A stretch of DNA of 53,906 nucleotides from a virus (IMGVR_UViG_3300036850_000179:1-53906); one strand, 5' to 3'; counted from the first letter of the stretch, positions 7,975 through 16,961 are shown. Notes: generated by a model not told the origin, from the sequence alone. Numbers and translations: made by a program.

Positions 7975-8438
7975 TTCGGGTCGCGTTCGTGACCGGCAGC
8001 CGTGCGTTCAGGTCGACCGGTAGCGTGTGGGAGTGGCTGGACTGGCAGGCCCAGGCTGCCATCGCTCAGCGCGCGGACATGCTGGTGGTCATGCACGGCG
8101 CCTGTCCGTCCGGGGCCGACCACTACGCCCACACCTGGGTCGTCCAGCGTTCCTCCTCCTGGACCCGCCACGGCCTGAAGGTGCACGAGCAGGCCGACCC
8201 TGCGCTGTGGGCGGGTCTCCTCGGCAAGCATGCCGGCCCGGCGAGGAACAGCCGGCAGGCGCGCCGGCTCCAGGACTACCGCGAACATGGTGGCGTCGAC
8301 ATTCACATCGCGGTCGCACACTACGCCGTCGACCTCGATGCCTGCATGGCGTCCCACGGCGGCACCGCCGACCAGGCCAAGAGGTTGGTGCAGGCCGGGT
8401 TCGGCCGCGACGAGATGACCTACCTGGAGGAGACATGA
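7971..8438 (+). CDS. SLOG / YspA-like (DUF2493) protein
   Basis: VTGSR, HGACPSGAD, AGPARN, GGTAD motifs. Confidence 0.85.
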   Translation: MIRVAFVTGSRAFRSTGSVWEWLDWQAQAAIAQRADMLVVMHGACPSGADHYAHTWVVQRSSSWTRHGLKVHEQADPALWAGLLGKHAGPARNSRQARRLQDYREHGGVDIHIAVAHYAVDLDACMASHGGTADQAKRLVQAGFGRDEMTYLEET

Positions 8439-8650
8439 AGCTGTCGCTGCGGCTGTCCCGGACCAGCTCCAGCCACGGGCCAGACTACTGGTCTGGCCGC
8501 ATCTTCGACGGCCGTCACAAGCTGCTGCTGGAGTTTGAGATGGGCAACGAGCAGTTTGCGAACCTGCTGTCGTCGCGGGAGGCGTTCATCGACACGACTC
8601 TCATCCCGAGGAACGTCGAGTCGGCACTCCCGGTCGGCCGGGAGGAGTGA
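8435..8650 (+). CDS. Hypothetical protein
   Basis: GGAGGAG RBS, ATGA overlap. Confidence 0.7.
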   Translation: MKLSLRLSRTSSSHGPDYWSGRIFDGRHKLLLEFEMGNEQFANLLSSREAFIDTTLIPRNVESALPVGREE

Positions 8651-8802
8651 TGCAGGTCCTCACCGAAGTTGCCCAGCCGGCCATCCTCGGGTGGCACTGC
8701 GAAGGCTGGGATGACGCCACCGAGGACGCCTGCGGGGCGTGGCGGCTGACCCGCGCCGACGCTCCCGACGTGGTGCCATGCTGGAGGTGCGGGGACGAGT
8801 GA
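8650..8802 (+). CDS. 50-aa Cys microprotein
   Basis: Hand translation MQVLTEVA...WHCEGW...ACGAW...PCWRCGDE; coupled at both ends. Confidence 0.6.
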   Translation: MQVLTEVAQPAILGWHCEGWDDATEDACGAWRLTRADAPDVVPCWRCGDE

Positions 8803-9254
8803 CAAAGTCGAGCGCGAAGGGCTACCGCTGGGAGCGGGCCTGCGAGCTGTTCTGGAAAGCTCGCGGCGTTGAGGTGCGTCGCCCGCGCGCCGGCGACCCG
8901 GCTGATGTCGGGGACCTCATCGAAGCGCATCCTGCTACCAGCCTGTACGGCACCGTCCATGCCGGGGTGCTCGGGTGGACGCTCCAGTTGAAGAACTGGA
9001 GTCGCGGGTCGTTCGGCGACGGCACCCTTTGGGGTTGGTGGTTGGCGGTCCTGGCGCAGAAGCGGAACGGCTACGGCCGGTACGCCGCTCTCTGGGTGAA
9101 ACGGGAAGGCGTCGGTCACCCCGGCGGGAGCTGGGCCATCATGTCCATCGAGGAGCACGCGAAGCTGATGGAGGAGCTGCACAGCCTCCGCCGCACGGTT
9201 CGGGTTTACCAGCGTACATACGGAGATGGGAGGGTCCACCAGGATGCCACCTAA
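8799..9254 (+). CDS. Holliday junction resolvase (Hjc-like PD-(D/E)XK)
   Basis: KGYRWER...DVGDL...LQLKN...WVKR...WAIMSIEE. Confidence 0.75.
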   Translation: MTKSSAKGYRWERACELFWKARGVEVRRPRAGDPADVGDLIEAHPATSLYGTVHAGVLGWTLQLKNWSRGSFGDGTLWGWWLAVLAQKRNGYGRYAALWVKREGVGHPGGSWAIMSIEEHAKLMEELHSLRRTVRVYQRTYGDGRVHQDAT

Positions 9255-9423
9255 GCCGGGAGTTCCCCGCCGCGAGCGGAAAGCGGCCCGCAACGCCGAC
9301 CTGAAGGCCCGCCGGCCGCAGAAAAGCAAGGTCGGCATCGCCGGGAAGCAGGTCCAGCCGCCGCAACGGGTCGGCCGCAGCAAGGGCGCGACAAAGCGCG
9401 CCGTGAACAAGGGGAGTCGCTGA
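9244..9423 (+). CDS. Small K/R-rich protein
   Basis: GGAGG RBS; MPPKPGVPRRERKAAR... Confidence 0.6.
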   Translation: MPPKPGVPRRERKAARNADLKARRPQKSKVGIAGKQVQPPQRVGRSKGATKRAVNKGSR

Positions 9424-9662
9424 TGGCCGACAGGTACACCGGCCCGCCCATCAGGGGCGAAGGCACCGCGCTGCCGTTGCCGCCAACGCGGACGCTGACC
9501 ATCCGCTACACCGACGGCTGTATCATCTACGGGATGGTCGGTGCCGATGACCCGCTCATCATCGACGGGACGACGGAAGCTATCATCGACATCCCTGCGC
9601 CGGTCCGGCTGGTGCTCGGTCCTGCGCACCCCGCCGAGCGGGAGCGGTACCGTGGGGCGTGA
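9423..9662 (+). CDS. Hypothetical protein
   Basis: TGATG coupling. Confidence 0.7.
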   Translation: MADRYTGPPIRGEGTALPLPPTRTLTIRYTDGCIIYGMVGADDPLIIDGTTEAIIDIPAPVRLVLGPAHPAERERYRGA

Positions 9663-10011
9663 ACGGTGGGAGGAGGCGCCGGTTCCTGGTCACGACGACC
9701 TGATGGTGTCGCGCGACCGGCAACAAGGCGGTCATGTCTCCATCCTCGACAGGCAGACCGGCCTCGCGGTCGCGTCCGGCATCGGGTACAGCGACAGCCT
9801 CGCTGAGGCGCAACGACTCGCGGCGGCGTACGTCGACAAAACCGACGAGTTCGCCGTGAAACAGCCCAGGGAGATACTCAACGAGGCGAAGTCGAAGCCC
9901 CTGCGTGCCGCAACTGTCCGCATCACCGCTCGGGATGCGGTGAAGGCGGGGCTCATCACGCAGCAGCTCGCCGACAGCATCGGCGGCGACACAATGGTGG
10001 AGGTAAGCTGA
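9652..10011 (+). CDS. Hypothetical protein
   Basis: GTG at 9652 in ORF 9541..10011. Confidence 0.65.
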   Translation: MGRERWEEAPVPGHDDLMVSRDRQQGGHVSILDRQTGLAVASGIGYSDSLAEAQRLAAAYVDKTDEFAVKQPREILNEAKSKPLRAATVRITARDAVKAGLITQQLADSIGGDTMVEVS

Positions 10012-10262
10012 TGGCCTGCTGGGACTCGTTCAACATGCCGGGGGACATGCCGGACCTGCCCTCTCAGCAGGGGCGGGAGGCGTCCGACGCGGAGGTGGAA
10101 GAGTATCATCGGCGTGTCGCCGAGGCGTTCCCGATGAGCGACGACGAGTGGGGGGCGCTCGCTGCGGCCGGCCCGCTCCCGGAGGAAGACCAGGTCTTCA
10201 GTTCCGCCGGCGTGACCGACGTTTACTACTACGACGCCGCCGACGCCCCCGAGGAGGAATGA
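10011..10262 (+). CDS. Acidic hypothetical protein
   Basis: TGATG coupling, GGAGG RBS. Confidence 0.7.
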   Translation: MACWDSFNMPGDMPDLPSQQGREASDAEVEEYHRRVAEAFPMSDDEWGALAAAGPLPEEDQVFSSAGVTDVYYYDAADAPEEE

Positions 10263-10495
10263 TGCGGACGTTTGAGGTCACCGCCAGGGCCAGCTACCAG
10301 GTCACCGACGACGAGCTGCGTTCCAGCTACGGCGTCGACCCGCTGGAGCCGAACCGCGGCCAGCTCGCCGCCGACCTCGACGCGGAGAACTACATCGAGG
10401 ATGGCCTCGGGGCGCTCGAAGGCGACCTGGACTACGTCGAGGTCGTCGTTGTCGAGGACGGCACCATCATCGGCCGCGCGAGGAGGGACGCATGA
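10259..10495 (+). CDS. Acidic hypothetical protein
   Basis: GAGGAGG RBS, ATGATG start. Confidence 0.7.
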   Translation: MMRTFEVTARASYQVTDDELRSSYGVDPLEPNRGQLAADLDAENYIEDGLGALEGDLDYVEVVVVEDGTIIGRARRDA

Positions 10496-10587
10496 CGCCC
10501 GGGGCCGCATTCATCCTCCTGCTCATCATCGCCATCATCATCATCGCGTTCGGGCTCGCCGGCGCCGAAGTCGGCGTGTGGAAGTAA
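10492..10587 (+). CDS. 31-aa single-TM microprotein
   Basis: MTPGAAFILLLIIAIIIIAFGLAGAEVGVWK; RBS and ATGA overlap. Confidence 0.65.
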   Translation: MTPGAAFILLLIIAIIIIAFGLAGAEVGVWK

Positions 10588-10619
10588 CGCCCGCGACCTC
10601 AAGACTGGAGCGTGACAGC

Positions 10620-11000
10620 ATGGCTCGCACTACCGTGAAGGTGACCGCCGCGCGCCTCATCCTGGCGCTGGAGGCGAAGAAGGCGGAGCTGGAGGAGCAG
10701 CACCAGCGGAAGCTGGACGAGTACACCGACCGCGTCGACAAGGCGCTCGACGCGCAGCGGGAGACCCTCCGCGGCGCCTGGGCTGCCGTCGTTGGCGGCC
10801 AGCAGGTGGAGACGCTGCGGTACGCCGACAGCCAGCCGTCGTCGGGCTATCACGGCTTCCGGCTCCCACCCGCCGTTTACCCGCCGCGGCTCGACGTGGG
10901 CAGGTACGACAAGAGCATCGCCATCTTGAAGTTGGCGGACCCGGACGCGCTCATCCCCGTCCACGAGGACACCGACTATGCCAGGCTTCTGGCCGGCTGA
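10620..11000 (+). CDS. Coiled-coil hypothetical protein
   Basis: GGAG RBS, ATG 10620. Confidence 0.75.
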   Translation: MARTTVKVTAARLILALEAKKAELEEQHQRKLDEYTDRVDKALDAQRETLRGAWAAVVGGQQVETLRYADSQPSSGYHGFRLPPAVYPPRLDVGRYDKSIAILKLADPDALIPVHEDTDYARLLAG

Positions 11001-11173
11001 TGGTCCTCGGCCGGCTCCAGGTCGGGTGGCCGCATCGCGGCACCTGGCGTGACGGCGTCTGCTTCGACTGGCGCCTGAAGCCTCGCACCGGTGACCCGAC
11101 CTGGACCGACCGCGACGGTGGCCTGCATTACGTCCCGCGGTACCGGTTCATCCGGCTCTACATTCAGTGGTGA
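11000..11173 (+). CDS. 57-aa Trp-rich hypothetical protein
   Basis: Hand translation; TGATG coupling; fills the gap before the primase. Confidence 0.55.
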   Translation: MVLGRLQVGWPHRGTWRDGVCFDWRLKPRTGDPTWTDRDGGLHYVPRYRFIRLYIQW

Positions 11174-11177
11174 GGAG

Positions 11178-12254
11178 GTGGGAAACATCCTGCGCCCCGG
11201 CGACCCGGAGCTATTCCTCCAGAAGTTCGAGGGCCGCACCGACCGGTACGCCCTCCAGACCCCACTCACCGGGCCGGCATGCGGATGGTCGGCCTGCACG
11301 TCCGGCCCCGGACACTACCATCAGGTGCACAAACGCCTCACCGTCGGGGCGGTGGAGGAGCATCTGCTCGGCACCGCCGACGGCCGCTACACCATCGGCG
11401 CGTACACCGTCGGTGCCGGGAACATGACCCGGCTGCTGGTGTGGGACATCGACGACGGCAGCATCGACACGGCACTGCTGGTGTGCGAGACACTCCACGA
11501 GCTGGGCGTCGGAGCGGAGAAGGTATACCTGGAGTTCTCCGGCAGGAGAGGCTACCACGTGTGGCTGCTGCTGGAGCGGCCGATGGACGCCGAGCCGGCG
11601 TACCGGGCGGCGCAGGCGGTTGTGCAGGCGTCCGGCCAGGAGTACATGGAGGCGTACCCGAAGCAGCCGGCGCTGACTGGCAAGGGGTACGGGAACTGCA
11701 TCAAGCTGCCGTGGGGCGTCCACGCCGCGAACAACGGCTGGTCCCGGTCGGTCCTGGAACCGGCGCCCGGGTGGCGCTACCCCGAATGGCGCGACGTAGC
11801 CTGGACTACGGAGGACGACGTACGCCGACTCGCGCAAACATACCGGGAGACCGTACGTCCGGAGGCCCCCGCGCTGGTCGCGGCGGGGTCGCCGCTGCCG
11901 CCGTGCATGCATCGCGTCCTCCACGAAGGCGTCGACAAGGGCATGCGGGATGTCGCCGGGTACACGCTGGCCCGTCACGCCCGGAAGAACGGGCTGACGG
12001 AGGATGAAGCCCTTGCCCGTCTACTCGCCGCCAGTCAGCACTTCTCCGGTGTTCCCGCGCCGACGGAGGCGTGGGCGCGTACGAAGGTCCGGAATGCCTA
12101 CCGCACCCAGGGCGGCATCGATTGCACCCAACCGTTCCTGCATAACCCCAGCAACCTACTATGCTCGTCATTGTGTCCGCGCTACCGCACCATCCCGGGT
12201 GCGCTGGCTACATCCGACGCACCGGAAGGAAGCGCTCATGCCCGTCATGAATAA
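11178..12254 (+). CDS. Archaeo-eukaryotic primase (AEP) with PriL/PriCT-like Cys-bearing C-terminus
   Basis: WDIDD, EFSGRRGYHVW, GNCIKLPWG.H; C-terminal PPCM...GMRD...IDC...LCSSLCP. Confidence 0.88.
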   Translation: MGNILRPGDPELFLQKFEGRTDRYALQTPLTGPACGWSACTSGPGHYHQVHKRLTVGAVEEHLLGTADGRYTIGAYTVGAGNMTRLLVWDIDDGSIDTALLVCETLHELGVGAEKVYLEFSGRRGYHVWLLLERPMDAEPAYRAAQAVVQASGQEYMEAYPKQPALTGKGYGNCIKLPWGVHAANNGWSRSVLEPAPGWRYPEWRDVAWTTEDDVRRLAQTYRETVRPEAPALVAAGSPLPPCMHRVLHEGVDKGMRDVAGYTLARHARKNGLTEDEALARLLAASQHFSGVPAPTEAWARTKVRNAYRTQGGIDCTQPFLHNPSNLLCSSLCPRYRTIPGALATSDAPEGSAHARHE

Positions 12255-12642
12255 CCCTGACAGCCCGAACAGGGGCGGGCGACCGTCGTACACGGTCCTG
12301 GCCCAAGAAAAGGCCGCGCTGGCGGAGACGGTCGACAGCCTGACGCGGGAACTGGCGGAGCAGACCCAGCTCCGCATGGAAGCGGATGAACAGCTCGCGA
12401 ACGAGCAGAAGCAACATCAGTACGACAACCACGGCTGCGCCGAGGCGCTCGACATCGCCGCCAGGAACATCGAGCGAGCGCGCGGGGAGGTCCCCGAGGG
12501 GGTCCTGAAGTTCGGTTGCGCGCACCCGTACAGCGCGTTCCCGAAGGATTACAACGGCACCCTCGTCACCGACGGGACCTTCTGGTATTGCACCTTCAAC
12601 CACATGCGGGTCGGCATTCTGTCCCGCGAAGGCCAAGCCTGA
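12238..12642 (+). CDS. Coiled-coil hypothetical protein with Cys/His tail
   Basis: ATG 12238 after GGAAGG. Confidence 0.7.
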   Translation: MPVMNNPDSPNRGGRPSYTVLAQEKAALAETVDSLTRELAEQTQLRMEADEQLANEQKQHQYDNHGCAEALDIAARNIERARGEVPEGVLKFGCAHPYSAFPKDYNGTLVTDGTFWYCTFNHMRVGILSREGQA

Positions 12643-13697
12643 TGCCGCTCGCTCGCATCCGCTGCGCGTCGGCAAAACTGGAACGCCGCGGGGAGCTGTG
12701 GCTGCCGACCCCGGCGGAGTGCGTCCGGCATGGTATGGACCGCGAGGCGGACTGTGGCATGTCGGGGGAGCTGCTGGAGGCGATGTACGGGAAGCAGCAG
12801 AACCGCGGCGCGAACATCTCCACGACGGCGCTGATAGCGGACTGCCCGCGCCAGGTGGTGCTGGAGCGGCGGGAGAACTACACCGTCGACCCGCGTCGGC
12901 TGTACGCCGCGTTCCGGGGGGAGATGGCACACAAGGTCCAGGAAGGCCACATGCGGCCTGGCTCGTGGGGTGAACGCCGGGTGTGGACGGCGCATCCGCT
13001 GAACCCGGGGGAGTTCATCTCGTGCTCCCCCGACCGGGTCGACCCCGACCTCGGCTACCTGTGGGACATCAAGTCGTCGGAGGAGCTGCCGAAGGGGCAC
13101 TGGAAGACGCCGTACCCGAAACACGTCAAGCAGCTCCAAATCAACGCCTTCATCATCCGGAACGCCGAATGGATAGAACCGCTGGAGGCGTCGAAGGACG
13201 GCCTGCCGCCGCTGCCGAGACGGACGGTGATGTCCGGGGGGGTGAAATGGCGGGAGTTCTCCCCGAACCCGCTGTGGGAGCCGTTCCCGGAGGAGCTACG
13301 CCCCGCCAGGTTCGAGCGGCTGTTCATCGAGTACATCGCGTTCGAGGGTTCAACGGTGCTGGAGTGCCTGAAGTCCCAGCGTGTCCCGACCACCGACGGC
13401 AACGGGACGAAGTGGGGGCCGAAAGTCCCCGACGTATGGGACGACGGCCAGGTCATCGACATGATGGAAGAGAACTACTACGACGTGAAGCGCGGCCTCG
13501 ACAGCCTCGACGACCCCGTCGGCTATGTCCCTCCCGTCCCGCCGCGCCTGGCCGGCTGGCCGCTCGACAAGCGCTCCCCGTGCAACTGGTGCGATGTGCG
13601 CCCCCAGTGCATGCAGCGGGAACTGGACGAAGGGCTGCCGAGTCTGAAGGGCACCCCGGATGGGGTGCTCGACCCGAAGCTGCTGCCGGCGAGGTGA
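12642..13697 (+). CDS. Cas4/RecB-like PD-(D/E)XK exonuclease with Fe-S ligands
   Basis: ISTT...CPR, RGEMAH, PD...WDIKS, QLQIN, CNWC.....C. Confidence 0.85.
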   Translation: MPLARIRCASAKLERRGELWLPTPAECVRHGMDREADCGMSGELLEAMYGKQQNRGANISTTALIADCPRQVVLERRENYTVDPRRLYAAFRGEMAHKVQEGHMRPGSWGERRVWTAHPLNPGEFISCSPDRVDPDLGYLWDIKSSEELPKGHWKTPYPKHVKQLQINAFIIRNAEWIEPLEASKDGLPPLPRRTVMSGGVKWREFSPNPLWEPFPEELRPARFERLFIEYIAFEGSTVLECLKSQRVPTTDGNGTKWGPKVPDVWDDGQVIDMMEENYYDVKRGLDSLDDPVGYVPPVPPRLAGWPLDKRSPCNWCDVRPQCMQRELDEGLPSLKGTPDGVLDPKLLPAR

Positions 13698-13699
13698 GC

Positions 13700-13918
13700 A
13701 TGGGCAAGAAGCTGAACTTCGACCTGTTCTTCCTCGCGTCGCACTACAACGTCGAAGGCGACCAGGTGATGGACTCAACCGAGTTCGAGGTCGACGACGG
13801 CCAGCACGTCGAAGGGTGGGAACTGGTCGCCCACAAAGGGAATCTCGCGGTGCTGCTTGTCACCAGCGAGACGCTGCCAGCCAAGACAGTCGGCTTCAAC
13901 CGGAAGGAGCAGGCATGA
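13700..13918 (+). CDS. Hypothetical protein
   Basis: GAGGTG RBS, ATG. Confidence 0.7.
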   Translation: MGKKLNFDLFFLASHYNVEGDQVMDSTEFEVDDGQHVEGWELVAHKGNLAVLLVTSETLPAKTVGFNRKEQA

Positions 13919-14169
13919 GCCTCGCGCATCGCATCGGGCGCATCATCGTCGGGAAGCCGAAGCCGCCCGCCTTCACCACCGGCGAGTTCGTCATCAACAC
14001 CCTAGAGGTCCGCCTCGCCCCCGCCCCCGGCGACAAGCTGCTGCTGACGGCGTGGGGGTTCAACGGCGAGCCTCTCCACGAAGGTGATGGTGTCGTCGTC
14101 ACCCCCGACGAGGTGACCCAGGTGTTCATCCCCGTACGGCTGTGGGCCAAGCTCGGCGAGGCGCAGTAG
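13915..14169 (+). CDS. Hypothetical protein
   Basis: AAGGAG RBS, ATGA overlap. Confidence 0.7.
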   Translation: MSLAHRIGRIIVGKPKPPAFTTGEFVINTLEVRLAPAPGDKLLLTAWGFNGEPLHEGDGVVVTPDEVTQVFIPVRLWAKLGEAQ

Positions 14170-14172
14170 CCG

Positions 14173-14388
14173 ATGCAGCAGGGCGCGGGGCTGATGGGGC
14201 TGGTGCTTCTGCTGGCCGTCCTCGCCGTCCCGCTGCTGTTGCTCGGCCTGCTGTACCTCGGCGCGTGGTTGGAGAACTGGCTCCGCCGCCCGCCGGAACC
14301 GAAGGACTGGGACGACCGGTTGAAGGACTGGCCGCCGTACGTCCCGAAGCATGCCGCCCCAAGGAAGCGGCGCAGACCGGGGAAGTGA
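14173..14388 (+). CDS. Single-TM membrane protein
   Basis: Long N-terminal hydrophobic stretch. Confidence 0.65.
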   Translation: MQQGAGLMGLVLLLAVLAVPLLLLGLLYLGAWLENWLRRPPEPKDWDDRLKDWPPYVPKHAAPRKRRRPGK

Positions 14389-14408
14389 CCCCAGCGACAT
14401 GGTAAGAT
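14385..14408 (+). promoter_or_regulatory. Phage-type promoter
   Basis: GTGACCCCAG-N5-TG-G-TAAGAT. Confidence 0.7.
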
Positions 14409-14470
14409 TCTCGACATGGTGCAGTTGGGTCGCCACAGCGAGCGACCCACGAACGACCAGGAGGTCGTGT

Positions 14471-15280
14471 ATGTACGAAGTCCCAGCCCCACAGCCGCAG
14501 GCCCAGGCGAACAGCGGCGGCGGCTACAGGGGCAAGAGTGGCGGCGGTCGCAAGGAGTACGACCCGCGCGCCACCGAGAAGGACTACCTGATGGCGGCGA
14601 TGAACGGCTGGTCGACAGCCGCCACGCTCGTCCAGCTCGAAGTCGCGGCGCGCACGGCCGCCGGCGGGGTGTTCTCCGAGGCGGAGGTGCTCCAGCGTGC
14701 GACCGCGGTGATGGAGCAGGTCTACGAGTCCATCAAGAAGCGGCGCGCCGACATGCAGCGGCCCGGCGGCACCGGGGCCGCGACGGGAGTCGCGACAACG
14801 ACCGCCACCGCACCCGCGCCGGTTCCCGCGTCGCTCGCGCAGCAGGCGCCACCCGCCCCGCAGGCGGCACCAGCGCCGGCCTACCAGCCGCCGCAGACAC
14901 AAGCCGCACCGCCGGCGCCCCAGACCGCGCCGGTCTACCAGCCGCCACAGTCGGCGGTGACCCCGGGCCTGCCGGTCGCCGGCGCGACGCCGTACGACCG
15001 CTTCCCATACGCCGACCATCTGGTCCCGTTCGGGCGGCACGCGACGGTGGATGGGCAGAAGGGCGTGCCGCACATCACCATCGCCGAGCTGGCCGCCGGC
15101 ATCGACCCGGGCTACCTGCACTGGGCCGCGAAGAAGGCGCCGGCCGGGAAGTACACCGACGCGCTCACCCGCGCCGGCAACCAGGGCACCTGCCCGTCGT
15201 TCCAGGAGCGGGTCATCCACTTCCTGAACGGCGCCGAGCAGGCCGGCACGCCGGTCCCGAACCCGGAGTACACCGGCTGA
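14471..15280 (+). CDS. Protein with P/A/Q linker and C-terminal ExoX-C/DUF3820-like domain (recombination/ssDNA-associated)
   Basis: AGGAGG RBS; PFGRH...KG...TIAEL...DPGYLHWA. Confidence 0.65.
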   Translation: MYEVPAPQPQAQANSGGGYRGKSGGGRKEYDPRATEKDYLMAAMNGWSTAATLVQLEVAARTAAGGVFSEAEVLQRATAVMEQVYESIKKRRADMQRPGGTGAATGVATTTATAPAPVPASLAQQAPPAPQAAPAPAYQPPQTQAAPPAPQTAPVYQPPQSAVTPGLPVAGATPYDRFPYADHLVPFGRHATVDGQKGVPHITIAELAAGIDPGYLHWAAKKAPAGKYTDALTRAGNQGTCPSFQERVIHFLNGAEQAGTPVPNPEYTG

Positions 15281-15382
15281 CGTAGTACCCGAAGGGCAGT
15301 CGGGTCGCCCCCGCCAAGCCAGCCACCTGGCCGAGCCAGGTCGAGAGCAGCGGCGGGGGCGCAAGCCTCTGAGGAGGACATC

Positions 15383-15535
15383 GTGGACAAGTACCGTGTC
15401 ATTCAGGTCCTACGCGACCCGAACCTGCTGTCGCAGGCGCTCAACGAGGCCGGCGCCGAGGGCTACTGGCTCCAGGGCGGCATCCTGGACACCGGCACCC
15501 ACTTCGTCGCCGTCATGGTCCTGGAGGAGCAATGA
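15383..15535 (+). CDS. DUF4177-like microprotein
   Basis: MDKYRVIQV...LSQALNEAGAEGYWL; GAGGAGG RBS. Confidence 0.6.
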   Translation: MDKYRVIQVLRDPNLLSQALNEAGAEGYWLQGGILDTGTHFVAVMVLEEQ

Positions 15536-15984
15536 GACTGTGGGACGCAAGCGCCCGAGCCGAGAAGGCACTCGCCGCCTCGCACGAGAAGATGGTCGCG
15601 AAGCTCGCCGCCGACTCGGCGGTCGGGTCGTTCGTGTCGACCCTCCGGAACGAGGCCGCAACGTACGCCTCCGAGTCGGGCGACAGCCACCTCGGCAACC
15701 GCTCGTCCGTCAACGAGTTCTCCGCGCGGCTGGCGGAAGGGCATGAGCTGTCCCGACCTCCCGGCCGCACAGCACGGTCGGTCGACCCCGACACCCACAC
15801 CCACGGCCGCCCCGCCGCACAAATGTTCGCCGGCGGCGTCTTCGGTGCACGCCGCCCGGACGTTTACGGCAACATGCCGGTCGAGCGGTGGCCGTTCGAG
15901 TCGTGGCCCGCCGCCGACAGCGGCGGCGGTGGTGACAGCGGGCGCATCGAGAACCCGAACCCGCCGCCGGGGTACCGCTCGTGA
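15532..15984 (+). CDS. Hypothetical protein upstream of the helicase
   Basis: Coupled at both ends. Confidence 0.65.
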   Translation: MRLWDASARAEKALAASHEKMVAKLAADSAVGSFVSTLRNEAATYASESGDSHLGNRSSVNEFSARLAEGHELSRPPGRTARSVDPDTHTHGRPAAQMFAGGVFGARRPDVYGNMPVERWPFESWPAADSGGGGDSGRIENPNPPPGYRS

Positions 15985-16961
15985 TAGGACCCGACCAGCT
16001 CCTCAACAGCGGCCAGCAGGCGTCGCAGTGGCAGAAGGAGGCCACCGACACCACCGCTGTCGCACCGACGGGCTTCCGGGAAATCGACCGGTACCTCAAA
16101 CGCCGTGGCTTCAGTCGCGGCAACGCGCACGCCCTCCTCGGTCGCTCCGGTGTCGGGAAGACGATGTTCCTCTGCAACCTCATCGAGCGGTGGCTGCTCG
16201 GCGGCTGGGGCGTGTTGTTCTCCAGTCAGGAGATGACCGCTGCGCAGGTCACGAACCGCCTCCTCGCCATCCGCTACCGGCTCGCCGTCGGGAAGATTGA
16301 GGAGGAGTTCCGCGGCGGTGGGATGGTCTCGCAGGTCGCTCCGCACCTCCAGCAGTACCCCCGGGACTTCGCTGGGTTAACGCTGTTCACCCACGACCGG
16401 CCGTCGTTCCGAGACCTAAAGGAAGCATGGCGGAAGGCCGGCCAGCCGGCCATCATCGTCCAGGACTACATGGGCCGCATGGCGGAGGTCCACGACGACG
16501 GCAGCCGCATGTACGGGTCGAAGAAGGACAAAACCGAGGAAGTCGCGTGGGGCTTCAAGACGCTCGCCCGTCAGCTCAACGTCATCACCCTCACCCTCGT
16601 CCAGACCTCCCGGTCCGCCGACGGCAGCGACCGGAAGGACCTCGGGCACATCCCGTTGACGATGGACGATGCCATGTACGGCGGCGAGGCCAGCTTCGAC
16701 GTGATGCTCGGCATCTTCCGGCCGGGGAAGAACCCGGACAGCTACCACGAAGACCTCCAGGAGGGCACGAACGCGGAGCAGTCCCGCTACCACCGCGCGG
16801 TCGGCATGCGGGAGAAGTACGGCGACAACATCATCGCCCAGGTGTTGAAGAACCGGTTCGAGCGGGACAACATCGCCGGCCACAAGCTGGAGACCGACTG
16901 GTCGACCATGCGGGTCGAGAGCACGACTGGAGAGCTGGGCTGGGCGGATGATGCGTGGTAG
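15981..16961 (+). CDS. dnaB: DnaB-like (SF4) replicative helicase
   Basis: PTGF..ID, GRSGVGKT, FSSQEM, IVQDYM, QTSR, KNR. Confidence 0.9.
   Translation: MIGPDQLLNSGQQASQWQKEATDTTAVAPTGFREIDRYLKRRGFSRGNAHALLGRSGVGKTMFLCNLIERWLLGGWGVLFSSQEMTAAQVTNRLLAIRYRLAVGKIEEEFRGGGMVSQVAPHLQQYPRDFAGLTLFTHDRPSFRDLKEAWRKAGQPAIIVQDYMGRMAEVHDDGSRMYGSKKDKTEEVAWGFKTLARQLNVITLTLVQTSRSADGSDRKDLGHIPLTMDDAMYGGEASFDVMLGIFRPGKNPDSYHEDLQEGTNAEQSRYHRAVGMREKYGDNIIAQVLKNRFERDNIAGHKLETDWSTMRVESTTGELGWADDAW

Noticed and set aside
12642-13697. Cas4-like gene as part of a CRISPR system
   Set aside because: No repeat-spacer array or other cas genes; solo Cas4-like exonucleases are common in phage recombination modules
14416-15285. 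Leaderless 289-aa ORF starting just after the 14385 promoter
   Set aside because: Arg/Gly-rich shadow frame of the 14471 gene, which has a strong RBS and a recognisable domain
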